From the NCBI RefSeq assembly GCF_964355755.1, contig NC_092675.1:305812-369811 (forward strand): 64,000 nt of DNA, read 5' to 3'. Position 1 is the stretch's first letter. Every line of letters starts with the position of its first letter. A program made the translations under genes and the position numbers. Below, piece after piece: positions 24,690 through 37,501 of this stretch. Source of the stretch: Antedon mediterranea (Eukaryota; Animalia; Echinodermata). The notes below the pieces were generated by a model. The model had not been told where the DNA came from. It saw nothing but the letters and a program-made list of their open reading frames with translations, and did not search any database.

Positions 24690-25022
24690 CAAAGACAATC
24701 CAAACATTGCTTTAACCTGCATTTCTCGCTAATCCTGTTTTGTCCGCCAAATTTCTTCAAATCCTGAATAAAGCATTCACAATAATAATTTAAACAAATT
24801 ATATTTAATATTCAACTAAAAAGGTAGCCATACATTATGTGGTGTTTGTTAGGGTATTGCTGAACTATGCAAATATAAATAAAGTGGACACCTTATGACA
24901 TAGATTTAATTTGCCATTAATCTAGTATACTACAACAATCTACTAACCAAGGAGTAGTCACATTCCCCACAATCGTCTTGACGTTAGCAAGCATCACAGC
25001 ATCCGTATCTACGTTTTGATTA
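24690..25022 (-). pseudogene. CXXC pseudo-exon pair, copy 4
   Basis: DLKKFGG variant with a 1-bp deletion and a gtatgt donor. Confidence 0.88.
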
Positions 25023-27805
25023 CTGAAAAGAAGGGTAAAAAAAAAACATAAACTGGCCTACTACTTACTTACGCAACCTGGCCTTCTACTTACTTATGCA
25101 ACCTGGCCTGCTACTTACGCACGCAACCTGGCCTGCTACTTACGCACGCAACCTGGCCTGCTACTTACGCACGCAACCTGGCCTGCTACTTACTTAGGCA
25201 ACCTGGCCTGCTACTTACTTAGGCAACCTGGCCTGCTACTTACTTACGCAACCTGGCCTGCCACTTACTTACGCAACCTGGCCTGCCACTTACGCACGCA
25301 ACCTGGCCTGCCACTTACGCACGCAACCTGGCCTGCCACTTACGCACGCAACCTGGCCTGCCACTTACGCACGCAACCTGGCCTTCCACTTACGCACGCA
25401 ACCTGGCCTGCCACTTACTTACGCAACCTGGCCTGCCACTTACGCACGCAACCTGGCCTGCCACTTACGCACGCAACCTGGCCTGCCACTTACTTACGCA
25501 ACCTGGCCTGCCACTTACTTACGCAACCTGGCCTGCCACTTACGCACGCAACCTGGCCTGCCACTTACGCACGCAACCTGGCCTGCCACTTACGCACGCA
25601 ACCTGGCCTGCCACTTACGCACGCAACCTGGCCTGCCACTTACGCACGCAACCTGGCCTGCCACTTACGCACGCAACATGCCCTGCCACTTACGCACGCA
25701 ACCTGCCCTGCCACTTACTCACGCAACCTGGCCTGCCACTTACGCACGCAACCTGGCCTGCTACTTACGCACGCAACCTGGCTTTCCACTTACTTACGCA
25801 ACCTGGCCTGCCACTTACTTACGCAACCTGGCCTGCCACTTACTTACGCAACCTGGCCTGCTAATTACTCACGCAACCTGGCCTGCTACTTACGCACGCA
25901 ACCTGGCCTGCTACTTACGCACGCAACCTGGCCTGCTACTTACTCACGCAACCTGGCCTGCTACTTATGCACGCAACCTGGCCTGCTACTTACTTACGCA
26001 ACCTGGCTTTCCACTTACTTACGCAACCTGGCCTGCCACTTACGCACGCAACCTGGCCTGCCACTTACGCACGCAACCTGGCCTGCCACTTACTTACGCA
26101 ACCTGGCCTGCCACTTACAAACGCAACCTGGCCTGCCACTTACGCACGCAACCTGGCCTGCCACTTACGCACGCAACCTGGCCTGCCACTTACGCACGCA
26201 ACCTGGCCTGCCACTTACTTACGCAACCTGGCCTGCTACTTACGCACGCAACCTGGCCTACTACTTACGCACGCAACCTGGCCTGCTACTTACGCACGCA
26301 ACCTGGCCTACTACTTAAGTACGCAACCTGGCCTACTACTTACGTAAGCAATCTGGCCTGCTACTTACGCAACCTGGCCTACTTACGTACGCAACCTGGC
26401 CTACTACTTACGTAACCAGGCCTACTTACATATATGTTATGGCATTAATCCATGTGGTCCATCAGCCACCAGAATCTTATTTGTAGAGGACAAAAGCACA
26501 CAGGTGAAAAGGTGTAGATCTTCATTCTGGGAACTGGAAAAATATACTTCAGGGGAAGGCATAGTTCCTAACATTAACAACAGAATATTTAAACATGATA
26601 CATTTTCTAAGAATTACATGAAAATGTTTTCACAACACAAATACTACGTATTACATTGTGTATTTTAACTAATAACAGTCCCACATTAAACATTACATGA
26701 AATACACAAACCTTTTAAATGGAAATATGTGATAATATTAAAAATATAGTGACAAAATTGGTTCTTACCCTTGGTATCATGTACTTGTGGTCTCTGTGAG
26801 CATCACCCTGTTTTGACGATGTTTCACTGTCCTTACGTTTACGCAATTTACACAATTTTATTCTCTTCTTTTATCATCAATACCTCCGCCTACTGTAAAA
26901 TTCTCCTTCATGAGAAACAAAATACATATATATTTTTGTGTCTCAATGCTGTGTGTGATTAGGCTAATTTCACTACAACCATGTGTATGCAAATTTGGTG
27001 TAATGGTTTTGTAACCACCCTTTCAACTAACATTATTTTCAGTTGACTAACAATAGAACAGCAACGCCAAAAACAAACAGGTGAATTTTAAAAGAAATTT
27101 TTAAAACTACTTGCATCAAAAAACATGTAAATTAAATTTAATCATGTTTTAAAATTACAAATCACAAATTATAAACTCTTGCCTATTGTACAAAAATGAA
27201 GTTTTTAGCCCCGGGACGATTCGGCACACATAAATTCATCGGCTTTGATATGCGTTTTATAAGCATAAAATAAGCTTTTTTCCCCAAACTTTATTTTCAG
27301 AGACACTATGGGGTAGTACTACTAGGGCTAAAGATGCAATAAAGCAAACATTTTCTAAACATTGTCGAAAGTCATCATTTTTTAGTCATGCGAACGATGT
27401 AAACAAGTTACGCCCTTTGTTGCACGAAACAAAGTTTTCGAAGTAATAATTGAAAATAAAATTAGTTTTTTTTTAGCAATTTATTTGATATATTATATAA
27501 ACATTGTCAATATTAATAAAATATGGATTGTTAAACACCTCTAAAAATGTGATAAATGTCAACAAAAATGAATATGAATTTGGTCTAAAGTTATACGTTT
27601 CGGACCACAAAGTGATCTATCTAGCTATATATGTAGCTTTCTATCATAATTTACCATAAAACGTTTATTTAAGACAAGGAATGACTTGGTTTAATGTTTT
27701 TAAAGTATTATATATATTTATTATTTTTACAAATTGTCACAAATTATAGGAAAATGGTCTTTAAATAAGAAGAAAGGAAATTCTTTAATTAAGTACAGAA
27801 CTTAC

Positions 27806-28130
27806 CAAAGGCAATCCAATACATTGCTTTAACCTGCATTTCTCGCTAATCCTGTTTTGTCCGCCAAATTTCTTCGTATCCTGAGTAAAGCATTCACAAT
27901 AATAATTTAAAAAAATTATATTTAATATTCAACTAAAAAGGTAGCCATACATTATGTGGTGTTTGTTAGGGTATTGCTGAACCATGCAAATATAAATAAA
28001 GTGGACACCTTATGACATAGATTTAATTTGCCTTTAATCTAGTATACTAAAACAATCTACTAACCAAGGAGAAGCCACAATCGTCTTGACGTTAGCAAGC
28101 ATCACAGCATCCGTATGTACGTTTTGATTA
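27806..28130 (-). pseudogene. CXXC pseudo-exon pair, copy 5
   Basis: 9-bp deletion type, no SINE-like insert. Confidence 0.88.
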
Positions 28131-31004
28131 CTGAAAAGAAGGGTAAAAAAAAACATAAACTGGCTTACTACTTACTTACGCAACCTGGCCTGCTACTTAC
28201 GCACGCAACCTGGCCTGCTACTTACGCACGCAACCTGGCCTGCTACTTACGCACGCAACCTGGCCTTCTACTTACGCACGCAACCTGGCCTTCTACTTAC
28301 TTAGGCAACCTGGCCTGCTACTTACTTACGCAACCTGGCCTGCCACTTACTTACGCAACCTGGCCTGCCACTTACGCACGCAACCTGGCCTGCTACTTAC
28401 GCACGCAACCTGGCCTGCCACTTACGCACGCAACATGGCCTGCCACTTACGCACGCAACCTGGCCTTCTACTTACTTACGCAACCTGGCCTGCTACTTAC
28501 TTACGCAACCTGGCCTGCTACTTACGCACGCAACCTGGCCTGCTACTTACTCACGCAACCTGGCCTGCTACTTACGCACGCAACCTGGCCTGCTACTTAC
28601 GCACGCAACCTGGCCTGCTACTTACGCACGCAACCTGGCCTGCTACTTACTTACGCAACCTGGCCTTCCACTTACGCACGCAACCTGGCCTGCTACTTAC
28701 GCACGCAACCTGGCCTGCCACTTACGCACGCAACCTGGCCTGCCACTTACGCACGCAACCTGGCCTGCCACTTACGCACGCAACCTGGCCTGCCACTTAC
28801 GCAACCTGGCCTGGTACTTACTTACGCAACCTGGCCTGCTACTTACGCACGCAACCTTGCATGCTACTTACGCACGCAACCTGGCATGCTACTTACGCAC
28901 GCAACCTGGCATGCTACTTACGCACGCAACCTGGCCTGCTACTTACGCACGCAACCTGGCCTGCTACTTACGCACGCAACCTGGCCTGCTACTTACGCAC
29001 GCAACCTGGCCTGCTACTTACGCACGCAACTTGGCCTGCTACTTACGCACGCAACCTGGCCTGCCACTTACGCACGCAACCTGGCCTGCCACTTACGCAC
29101 GCAACCTGGCCTGCCACTTACGCACGCAACCTGGCCTGCCACTTACGCACGCAACCTGGCCTGCCACTTACGCACGCAACCTGGCCTGCTACTTACGCAC
29201 GCAACCTGGCCTGCTACTTACGTACGCAACCTGGTCTGCTACTTACGCACGCAACCTGGCCTGCCACTTACGCACGCAACCTGGCCTGCCACTTACTTAC
29301 GCAACCTGGCCTGCGACTTACGCACGCAACCTGGCCTGCCACTTACGCACGCAACCTGGCCTGCCACTTACGCACGCAACCTGGCCTGCCACTTACTTAC
29401 GCAACCTAGCCTGCCACTTACGCACGCAACCTGGCCTGCTACTTACGCACGCAACCTGGCCTGCTACTTACGCACGCAACCTGACCTGCTACTTGCATAA
29501 CCTGACCTACTACTTACGTACGCAACCTGGCCTACTACTTACGTAAGCAATCTGGCCTGCTACTTACGCAACCTGGCCTACTTACGTACGCAACCTGGCC
29601 TACTACTTACGTAACCAGGCCTACTTACATATATGTTATGGTAGTAATCCATGTGGTCCATCAGTCACCAGAATCTTATTTGTAGAGGACAAAAGCACAC
29701 AGGTGAAAAGGTGTAGATCTTCATTCTGGGAACTGGAAAAATATACTTCAGGGGAAGGCATAGTTCCTAACATTAACAACAGAATATTCAAACATGATAC
29801 ATTTTCTAAGAATTACATGAAAATGTTTTCACAACACAAATACTACGTATTACATTTTGTATTTTAACAGTCCCACATTAAACATTACATGAAATACACA
29901 AACCTTTTAAATGGAAATATGTGATAATATTAAAAATATAGTGACAAAATTGGTTCTTACCCTTGGTATCATGTACGTGTGGTCTCTGTGAGCATCACCC
30001 TGTTCTGACGATGTTTCAATGTCCTTACGTTTACGCAATTTACACAATTTTATTCTCTTCTTTTATCATCAATACCTCCGCCTACTGTAAAATTCTCCTA
30101 CATATGAATTCATGAGAAACAAAATACATATATATTTTTGTGTCTCAATGCTGTGTGTGATTAGGCTAATTTCACTACAACCATGTGTATGCAAATTTGG
30201 TGTAATGGTTTTGTAACCAGCCTTTCAACTAACAATATTTTCAGTTGACTAACAATAGAACAGCAACGCCAAAAACAAACAGGTGAATTTTAAAAGAAAT
30301 TTTTAAAACTACTTGCATCAAAAAACATGTAAATTAAATTTAGTCATGTTTTAAAATTACAAATCTCATATTATAAACTCTTGCCTATTGTACAAAAATG
30401 AAGTTTTTAGCCCCGGAACGATTCGGCACACATAAATTCATCGGCTTTGATATGCGTTTTATAAGCATAAAATAAGCTTTTTTCCCCAAACTTTATTTTC
30501 AGAGACACTATGGGGTAGTACTACTAGGGCTAAAGATGCAATAAAGCAAACATTTTCTAAACATTGTCGAAAGTCATGATTTTTTAGTCATGCGAACGAT
30601 GTAAACAAGTTACGCCCTTTGTTGCACGAAACAAAGTTTTCGAAGTAATAATTGAAAATAAAATTAGGTTTTTTTTACCAATTTATTTGATATATTATAT
30701 AAACATTGTCAATATTAATAAAATATGGATTGTTAAACACCTCTAAAAATGTAATAAATGTCAACAAAAATGAATATGATTTTGGTCTAAAGTTATACGT
30801 TTCGGACCACAAAGTGATCTATCTAGCTATCTACGTAGCTTTCTATCATAATTTACCATAAAACGTTTATTTAAGACAAGGAATGACTTGGTTTAATGTT
30901 TTTAAAGTATTATATATATTTATTATTTTTACAAATTGTCACAAATTATAGGAAAATGGTCTTTAAATAAGAAGAAAGGAAATTCTTTAATTAAGTACAG
31001 AACT

Positions 31005-31141
31005 AGTACATCTTTCGAGACGAGTAGGGGGTTACCCCGGTGTATTAGTACATCACAGCCACTGATCACCAACTGGGCCCTCTGGGAGACCAGTCATTGA
31101 CTGAAGAGGTTACCCAGTATAAATATATATTTCAATCAATC
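31005..31141 (+). mobile_element. 137-bp SINE/LINE-3'-end-like insertion beside the CXXC exon donor
   Basis: Absent from most units; flanked by duplicated aact; ends in a (caat)n tail. Confidence 0.8.
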
Positions 31142-31148
31142 AACTTAC

Positions 31149-31473
31149 CAAAGGCAATCCAATACATTGCTTTAACCTGCATTTCTCGCTAATCCTGTTT
31201 TGTCCGCCAAATTTCTTCGTATCCCGAGTAAAGCATTCACAATAATAATTAAAAAAAATTATATTTAATATTCAACTAAAAAGGTAGCCATACATTATGT
31301 GGTGTTTGTTAGGGTATTGCTGAACCATGCAAATATAAATAAAGTGGACACCTTATGACATAGATTTAATTTGCCTTTAATCTAGTATACTAAAACAATC
31401 TACTAACCAAGGAGAAGCCACAATCGTCTTGACGTTAGCAAGCATCACAGCATCCGTATCTACGTTTTGATTA
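31149..31473 (-). pseudogene. CXXC pseudo-exon pair, copy 6
   Basis: 9-bp deletion type; KFGG-exon acceptor mutated AG>GG. Confidence 0.88.
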
Positions 31474-34073
31474 CTGAAAAGAAGGGTAAAAAAAAAACCT
31501 AAACTGGCCTACTACTTACTTACGCAACCTGGCCTGCTACTTACGCACGCAACCTGGCCTGCTACTTACGCACGCAACCTGGCCTGCTACTTACGCACGC
31601 AACCTGGCCTTCTACTTACGCACGCAACCTGGCCTTCTACTTACTTAGGCAACCTGGCCTTCTACTTACTTACGCAACCTGGCCTGCTACTTACGCACGC
31701 AACCTGGCCTGCTACTTACTCACGCAACCTGGCCTGCTACTTACGCACGCAACCTGGCCTGCTACTTACGCACGCAACCTGCCCTGCTACTTACGCACGC
31801 AACCTGGCCTGCTACTTACTTACGCAACCTGGCCTTCCACTTACGCACGCAACCTGGCCTGCCACTTACGCACGCAACCTGGCCTGCCACTTACGCACGC
31901 AACCTGGCTTGCCAGTTACGCACGCAACCTGGCCTGCCACTTACGCACGCAACCTGGCCTGCCACTTACGCAACCTGGCCTGGTACTTACTTACGCAACC
32001 TGGCCTGCTACTTACTTACGCAACCTGGCCTGCTACTTACGCACGCAACCTGGCATGCTACTTACGCACGCAACCTGGCCTGCTACTTACGCACGCAACC
32101 TGGCCTGCCACTTACGCACGCAACCTGGCCTGCCACTTACGCACGCAACCTGGCTTGCTACTTACGCACGCAACCTGGCTTGCTACTTACGCACGCAACC
32201 TGGCCTGCCACTTACGCACGCAACCTGGCCTGCCACTTACGCACGCAACCTGGCCTGCCACTTACGCACGCAACCTGGCCTGCTACTTACGCACGCAACC
32301 TGGCCTGCTACTTACGTACGCAACCTGGCCTGCCACTTACGCACGCAACCTGGCCTGCCACTTACGCACGCAACCTGGCCTGCCACTTACTTACGCAACC
32401 TGGCCTGCCACTTACGCACGCAACCTGGCCTGCCACTTACGCACGCAACCTGGCCTGCCACTTACGCACGCAACCTGGCCTGCCACTTACTTACGCAACC
32501 TAGCCTGCCACTTACTTACGCAACCTGGCCTGCCACTTACGCACGCAACCTGGCCTGCTACTTACGCACGCAACCTGGCCTGCTACTTGCATAACCTGAC
32601 CTACTACTTACGTAAGCAATCTGGCCTGCTACTTACGCAACCTGGCCTACTTACGTACGCAACCTGGCCTACTACTTACGTAACCAGGCCTACTTACATA
32701 TATGTTATGGTAGTAATCCATGTGGTCCATCAGTCACCAGAATCTTATTTGTAGAGGACAAAAGCACACAGGTGAAAAGGTGTAGATCTTCATTCTGGGA
32801 ACTGGAAAAATATACTTCAGGGGAAGGCATAGTTCCTAACATTAACAACAGAATATTCAAACATGATACATTTTCTAAGAATTACATGAAAATGTTTTCA
32901 CAACACAAATACTACGTATTACATTGTGTATTTTAACAGTCCCACATTAAACATTACATGAAATACACAAACCTTTTAAATGGAAATATGTGATAATATT
33001 AAAAATATAGTGACAAAATTGGTTCTTACCCTTGGTATCATGTACGTGTGGTCTCTGTGAGCATCACCCTGTTCTGACGATGTTTCAATGTCCTTACGTT
33101 TACGCAATTTACACAATTTTATTCTCTTCTTTTATCATCAATACCTCCGCCTACTGTAAAATTCTCCTACATATGAATTCATGAGAAACAAAATACATAT
33201 ATATTTTTGTGTCTCAATGCTGTGTGTGATTAGGCTAATTTCACTACAACCATGTGTATGCAAATTTGGTGTAATGGTTTTGTAACCAGCCTTTCAACTA
33301 ACAATATTTTCAGTTGACTAACAATAGAACAGCAACGCCAAAAACAAACAGGTGAATTTTAAAAGAAATTTTTAAAACTACTTGCATCAAAAAACATGTA
33401 AATTAAATTTAATCATGTTTTAAAATTACAAATCTCATATTATAAACTCTTGCCTATTGTACAAAAATGAAGTTTTTAGCCCCGGGACGATTCGGCACAC
33501 ATAAATTCATCGGCTTTGATATGCGTTTTATAAGCATAAAATAAGCTTTTTTCCCCAAACTTTATTTTCAGAGACACTATGGGGTAGTACTACTAGGGCT
33601 AAAGATGCAATAAAGCAAACATTTTCTAAACATTGTCGAAAGTCATGATTTTTTAGTCATGCGAACGATGTAAACAAGTTACGCCCTTTGTTGCACGAAA
33701 CAAAGTTTTCGAAGTAATAATTGAAAATAAAATTAGGTTTTTTTTACCAATTTATTTGATATATTATATAAACATTGTCAATATTAATAAAATATGGATT
33801 GTTAAACACCTCTAAAAATGTAATAAATGTCAACAAAAATGAATATGAATTTGGTCTAAAGTTATACGTTTCGGACCACAAAGTGATCTATCTAGCTATC
33901 TACGTAGCTTTCTATCATAATTTACCATAAAACGTTTATTTAAGACAAGGAATGACTTGGTTTAATGTTTTTAAAGTATTATATATATTTATTATTTTTA
34001 CAAATTGTCACAAATTATAGGAAAATGGTCTTTAAATAAGAAGAAAGGAAATTCTTTAATTAAGTACAGAACT

Positions 34074-34210
34074 AGTACATCTTTCGAGACGAGTAGGGGG
34101 TTACCCCGGTGTATTAGTACATCACAGCCACTGATCACCAACTGGGCCCTCTGGGAGACCAGTCATTGACTGAAGAGGTTACCCAGTATAAATATATATT
34201 TCAATCAATC
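34074..34210 (+). mobile_element. Same 137-bp insertion, copy 2
   Basis: Same sequence and site as 31005-31141. Confidence 0.8.
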
Positions 34211-34217
34211 AACTTAC

Positions 34218-34542
34218 CAAAGGCAATCCAATACATTGCTTTAACCTGCATTTCTCGCTAATCCTGTTTTGTCCGCCAAATTTCTTCGTATCCCGAGTAA
34301 AGCATTCACAATAATAATTAAAAAAAATTATATTTAATATTCAACTAAAAAGGTAGCCATACATTATGTGGTGTTTGTTAGGGTATTGCTGAACCATGCA
34401 AATATAAATAAAGTGGACACCTTATGACATAGATTTAATTTGCCTTTAATCTAGTATACTAAAACAATCTACTAACCAAGGAGAAGCCACAATCGTCTTG
34501 ACGTTAGCAAGCATCACAGCATCCGTAGCTACGTTTTGATTA
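34218..34542 (-). pseudogene. CXXC pseudo-exon pair, copy 7
   Basis: 9-bp deletion type; acceptor AG>GG. Confidence 0.88.
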
Positions 34543-37167
34543 CTGAAAAGAAGGGTAAAAAAAAAACATAAACTGGCCTACTACTTACTTACGCAACCTG
34601 GCCTGCTACTTACGCACGCAACCTGGCCTGCTACTTACGCACGCAACCTGGCCTGCTACTTACGCACGCAACCTGGCCTGCTACTTACGCACGCAACCTG
34701 GCCTTCTACTTACGCACGCAACCTGGCCTTCTACTTACGCACGCAACCTGGCCTTCTACTTACGCACGCAACCTGGCCTTCTACTTACTCACGCAACCTG
34801 GCCTGCTACTTACGCAAGCAACCTGGCCGGCTACTTACGCACGCAACCTGCCCTGCTACTTACGCACGCAACCTGGCCTGCTACTTACTTACGCAACCTG
34901 GCCTTCCACTTACGCACGCAACCTGGCCTGCCACTTACGCACGCAACCTGGCCTGCCACTTACGCACGCAACCTGGCCTGCCAGTTACGCACGCAACCTG
35001 GCCTGCCACTTACGCACGCAACCTGGCCTGCCACTTACGCAACCTGGACTGGTACTTACTTACGCAACCTGGCCTGCTACTTACTTATGCAACCTGGCCT
35101 GCTACTTACGCACGCAACCTGGCATGCTACTTACGCACGCAACCTGGCATGCTACTTACGCACGCAACCTGGCCTGCTACTTACGCACGCAACCTGGCCT
35201 GCCACTTACGCACGCAACCTGGCCTGCTACTTACGCACGCAACCTGGCTTGCTACTTACGCACGCAAACTGGCCTGCCACTTACGCACGCAACCTGGCCT
35301 GCCACTTACGCACGCAACCTGGCCTGCCACTTACGCACGCAACCTGGCCTGCTACTTACGCACGCAACCTGGCCTGCTACTTATTTACGCAACCTGGCCT
35401 GCTACTTACGTAAGCAATCTGACCTGCTACTTACGCACGCAACCTGGCCTGCCACTTACTTACGCAACCTGGCCTGCCACTTACGCACGCAACCTGGCCT
35501 GCCACTTACGCACGCAACCTGGCCTGCCACTTACGCACGCAACCTGGCCTGCCACTTACTTACGCAACCTGGCCTGCCACTTACTTACGCAACCTGGCCT
35601 GCTACTTACGCACGCAACCTGGCCTGCTACTTACGCACGCAACCTGGCCTGCTACTTGCATAACCTGACCTACTACTTAAGTACGCAACCTGGCCTACTA
35701 CTTACGTAAGCAATCTGGCCTGCTACTTACGCAACCTGGCCTACTTACGTACGCAACCTGGCCTACTACTTACGTAACCAGGCCTACTTACATATATGTT
35801 ATGGCATTAATCCATGTGGTCCATCAGCCACCAGAATCTTACTTGTAGAGGACAAAAGCACACAGGTGAAAAGGTGTAGATCTTCATTCTGCGAACTGGA
35901 CAAATATACTTCAGGGGAAGGCATAGTTCCTAACATTAACAACAGAATATTTAAACATGATACATTTTCTAAGAATTACATGAAAATGTTTTCACAACAC
36001 AAATACTACGTATTACATTGTGTATTTTAACTAATAACAGTCCCACATTAAACATTACATGAAATACACAAACCTTTTAAATGGAAATATGTGATAATAT
36101 TAAAAATATAGTGACAAAATTGGTTCTTACCCTTGGTATCATGTACTTGTGGTCTCTGTGAGCATCACCCTGTTTTGACGATGTTTCACTGTCCTTACGT
36201 TTACGCAATTTACACAATTTTATTCTCTTCTTTTATCATCAATACCTCCGCCTACTGTAAAATTCTCCTTCATGAGAAACAAAATACATATATATTTTTG
36301 TGTCTCAATGCTGTGTGTGATTAGGCTAATTTCACTACAACCATGTGTATGCAAATTTGGTGTAATGGTTTTGTAACCACCCTTTCAACTAACAATATTT
36401 TCAGTTGACTAACAATAGAACAGCAACGCCAAAAACAAACAGGTGAATTTTAAAAGAAATTTTTAAAACTACTTGCATCAAAAAACATGTAAATTAAATT
36501 TAATCATGTTTTAAAATTACAAATCACAAATTATAAACTCTTGCCTATTGTACAAAAATGAAGTTTTTAGCCCCGGGACGATTCGGCACACATAAATTCA
36601 TCGGCTTTGATATGCGTTTTATAAGCATAAAATAAGCTTTTTTCCCCAAACTTTATTTTCAGAGACACTATGGGGTAGTACTACTAGGGCTAAAGATGCA
36701 ATAAAGCAAACATTTTCTAAACATTGTCGAAAGTCATGATTTTTTAGTCATGCGAACGATGTAAACAAGTTACGCCCTTTGTTGCACGAAACAAAGTTTT
36801 CGAAGTAATAATTGAAAATAAAATTAGGTTTTTTTTACCAATTTATTTGATATATTATATAAACATTGTCAATATTAATAAAATATGGATTGTTAAACAC
36901 CTCTAAAAATGTAATAAATGTCAACAAAAATGAATATGAATTTGGTCTAAAGTTATACGTTTCGGACCACAAAGTGATCTATCTAGCTATCTACGTAGCT
37001 TTCTATCATAATTTACCATAAAACGTTTATTTAAGACAAGGAATGACTTGGTTTAATGTTTTTAAAGTATTATATATATTTATTATTTTTACAAATTGTC
37101 ACAAATTATAGGAAAATGGTCTTTAGATAAGAAGTAAATAAATTCCTTAATTAAGTACAGAACTTAC

Positions 37168-37501
37168 CAAAGACAATCCAATACATTGCTTTAACCTGCA
37201 TTTCTCGCTAATCCTGTTTTGTCCGCCAAATTTCTTCGTATCCTGAATAAAGCATTAACAATAATAATTTAAACAAATTATATTTAATATTCAACTAAAA
37301 AGGTAGCCATACATTATGTGGTGTTTGTTAGGGTATTGCTGAACTATGCAAATATAAATAAAGTGGACACCTTATGACATAGATTTAATTTGCCATTAAT
37401 CTAGTATACTAAAACAATCTACTAACCAAGGAGTAGTCACATTCCCCACAATCGTCTTGACGTTAGCAAGCATCACAGCATCCGTATCTACGTTTTGATT
37501 A
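37168..37501 (-). pseudogene. CXXC pseudo-exon pair, copy 8
   Basis: Full-length type. Confidence 0.88.
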
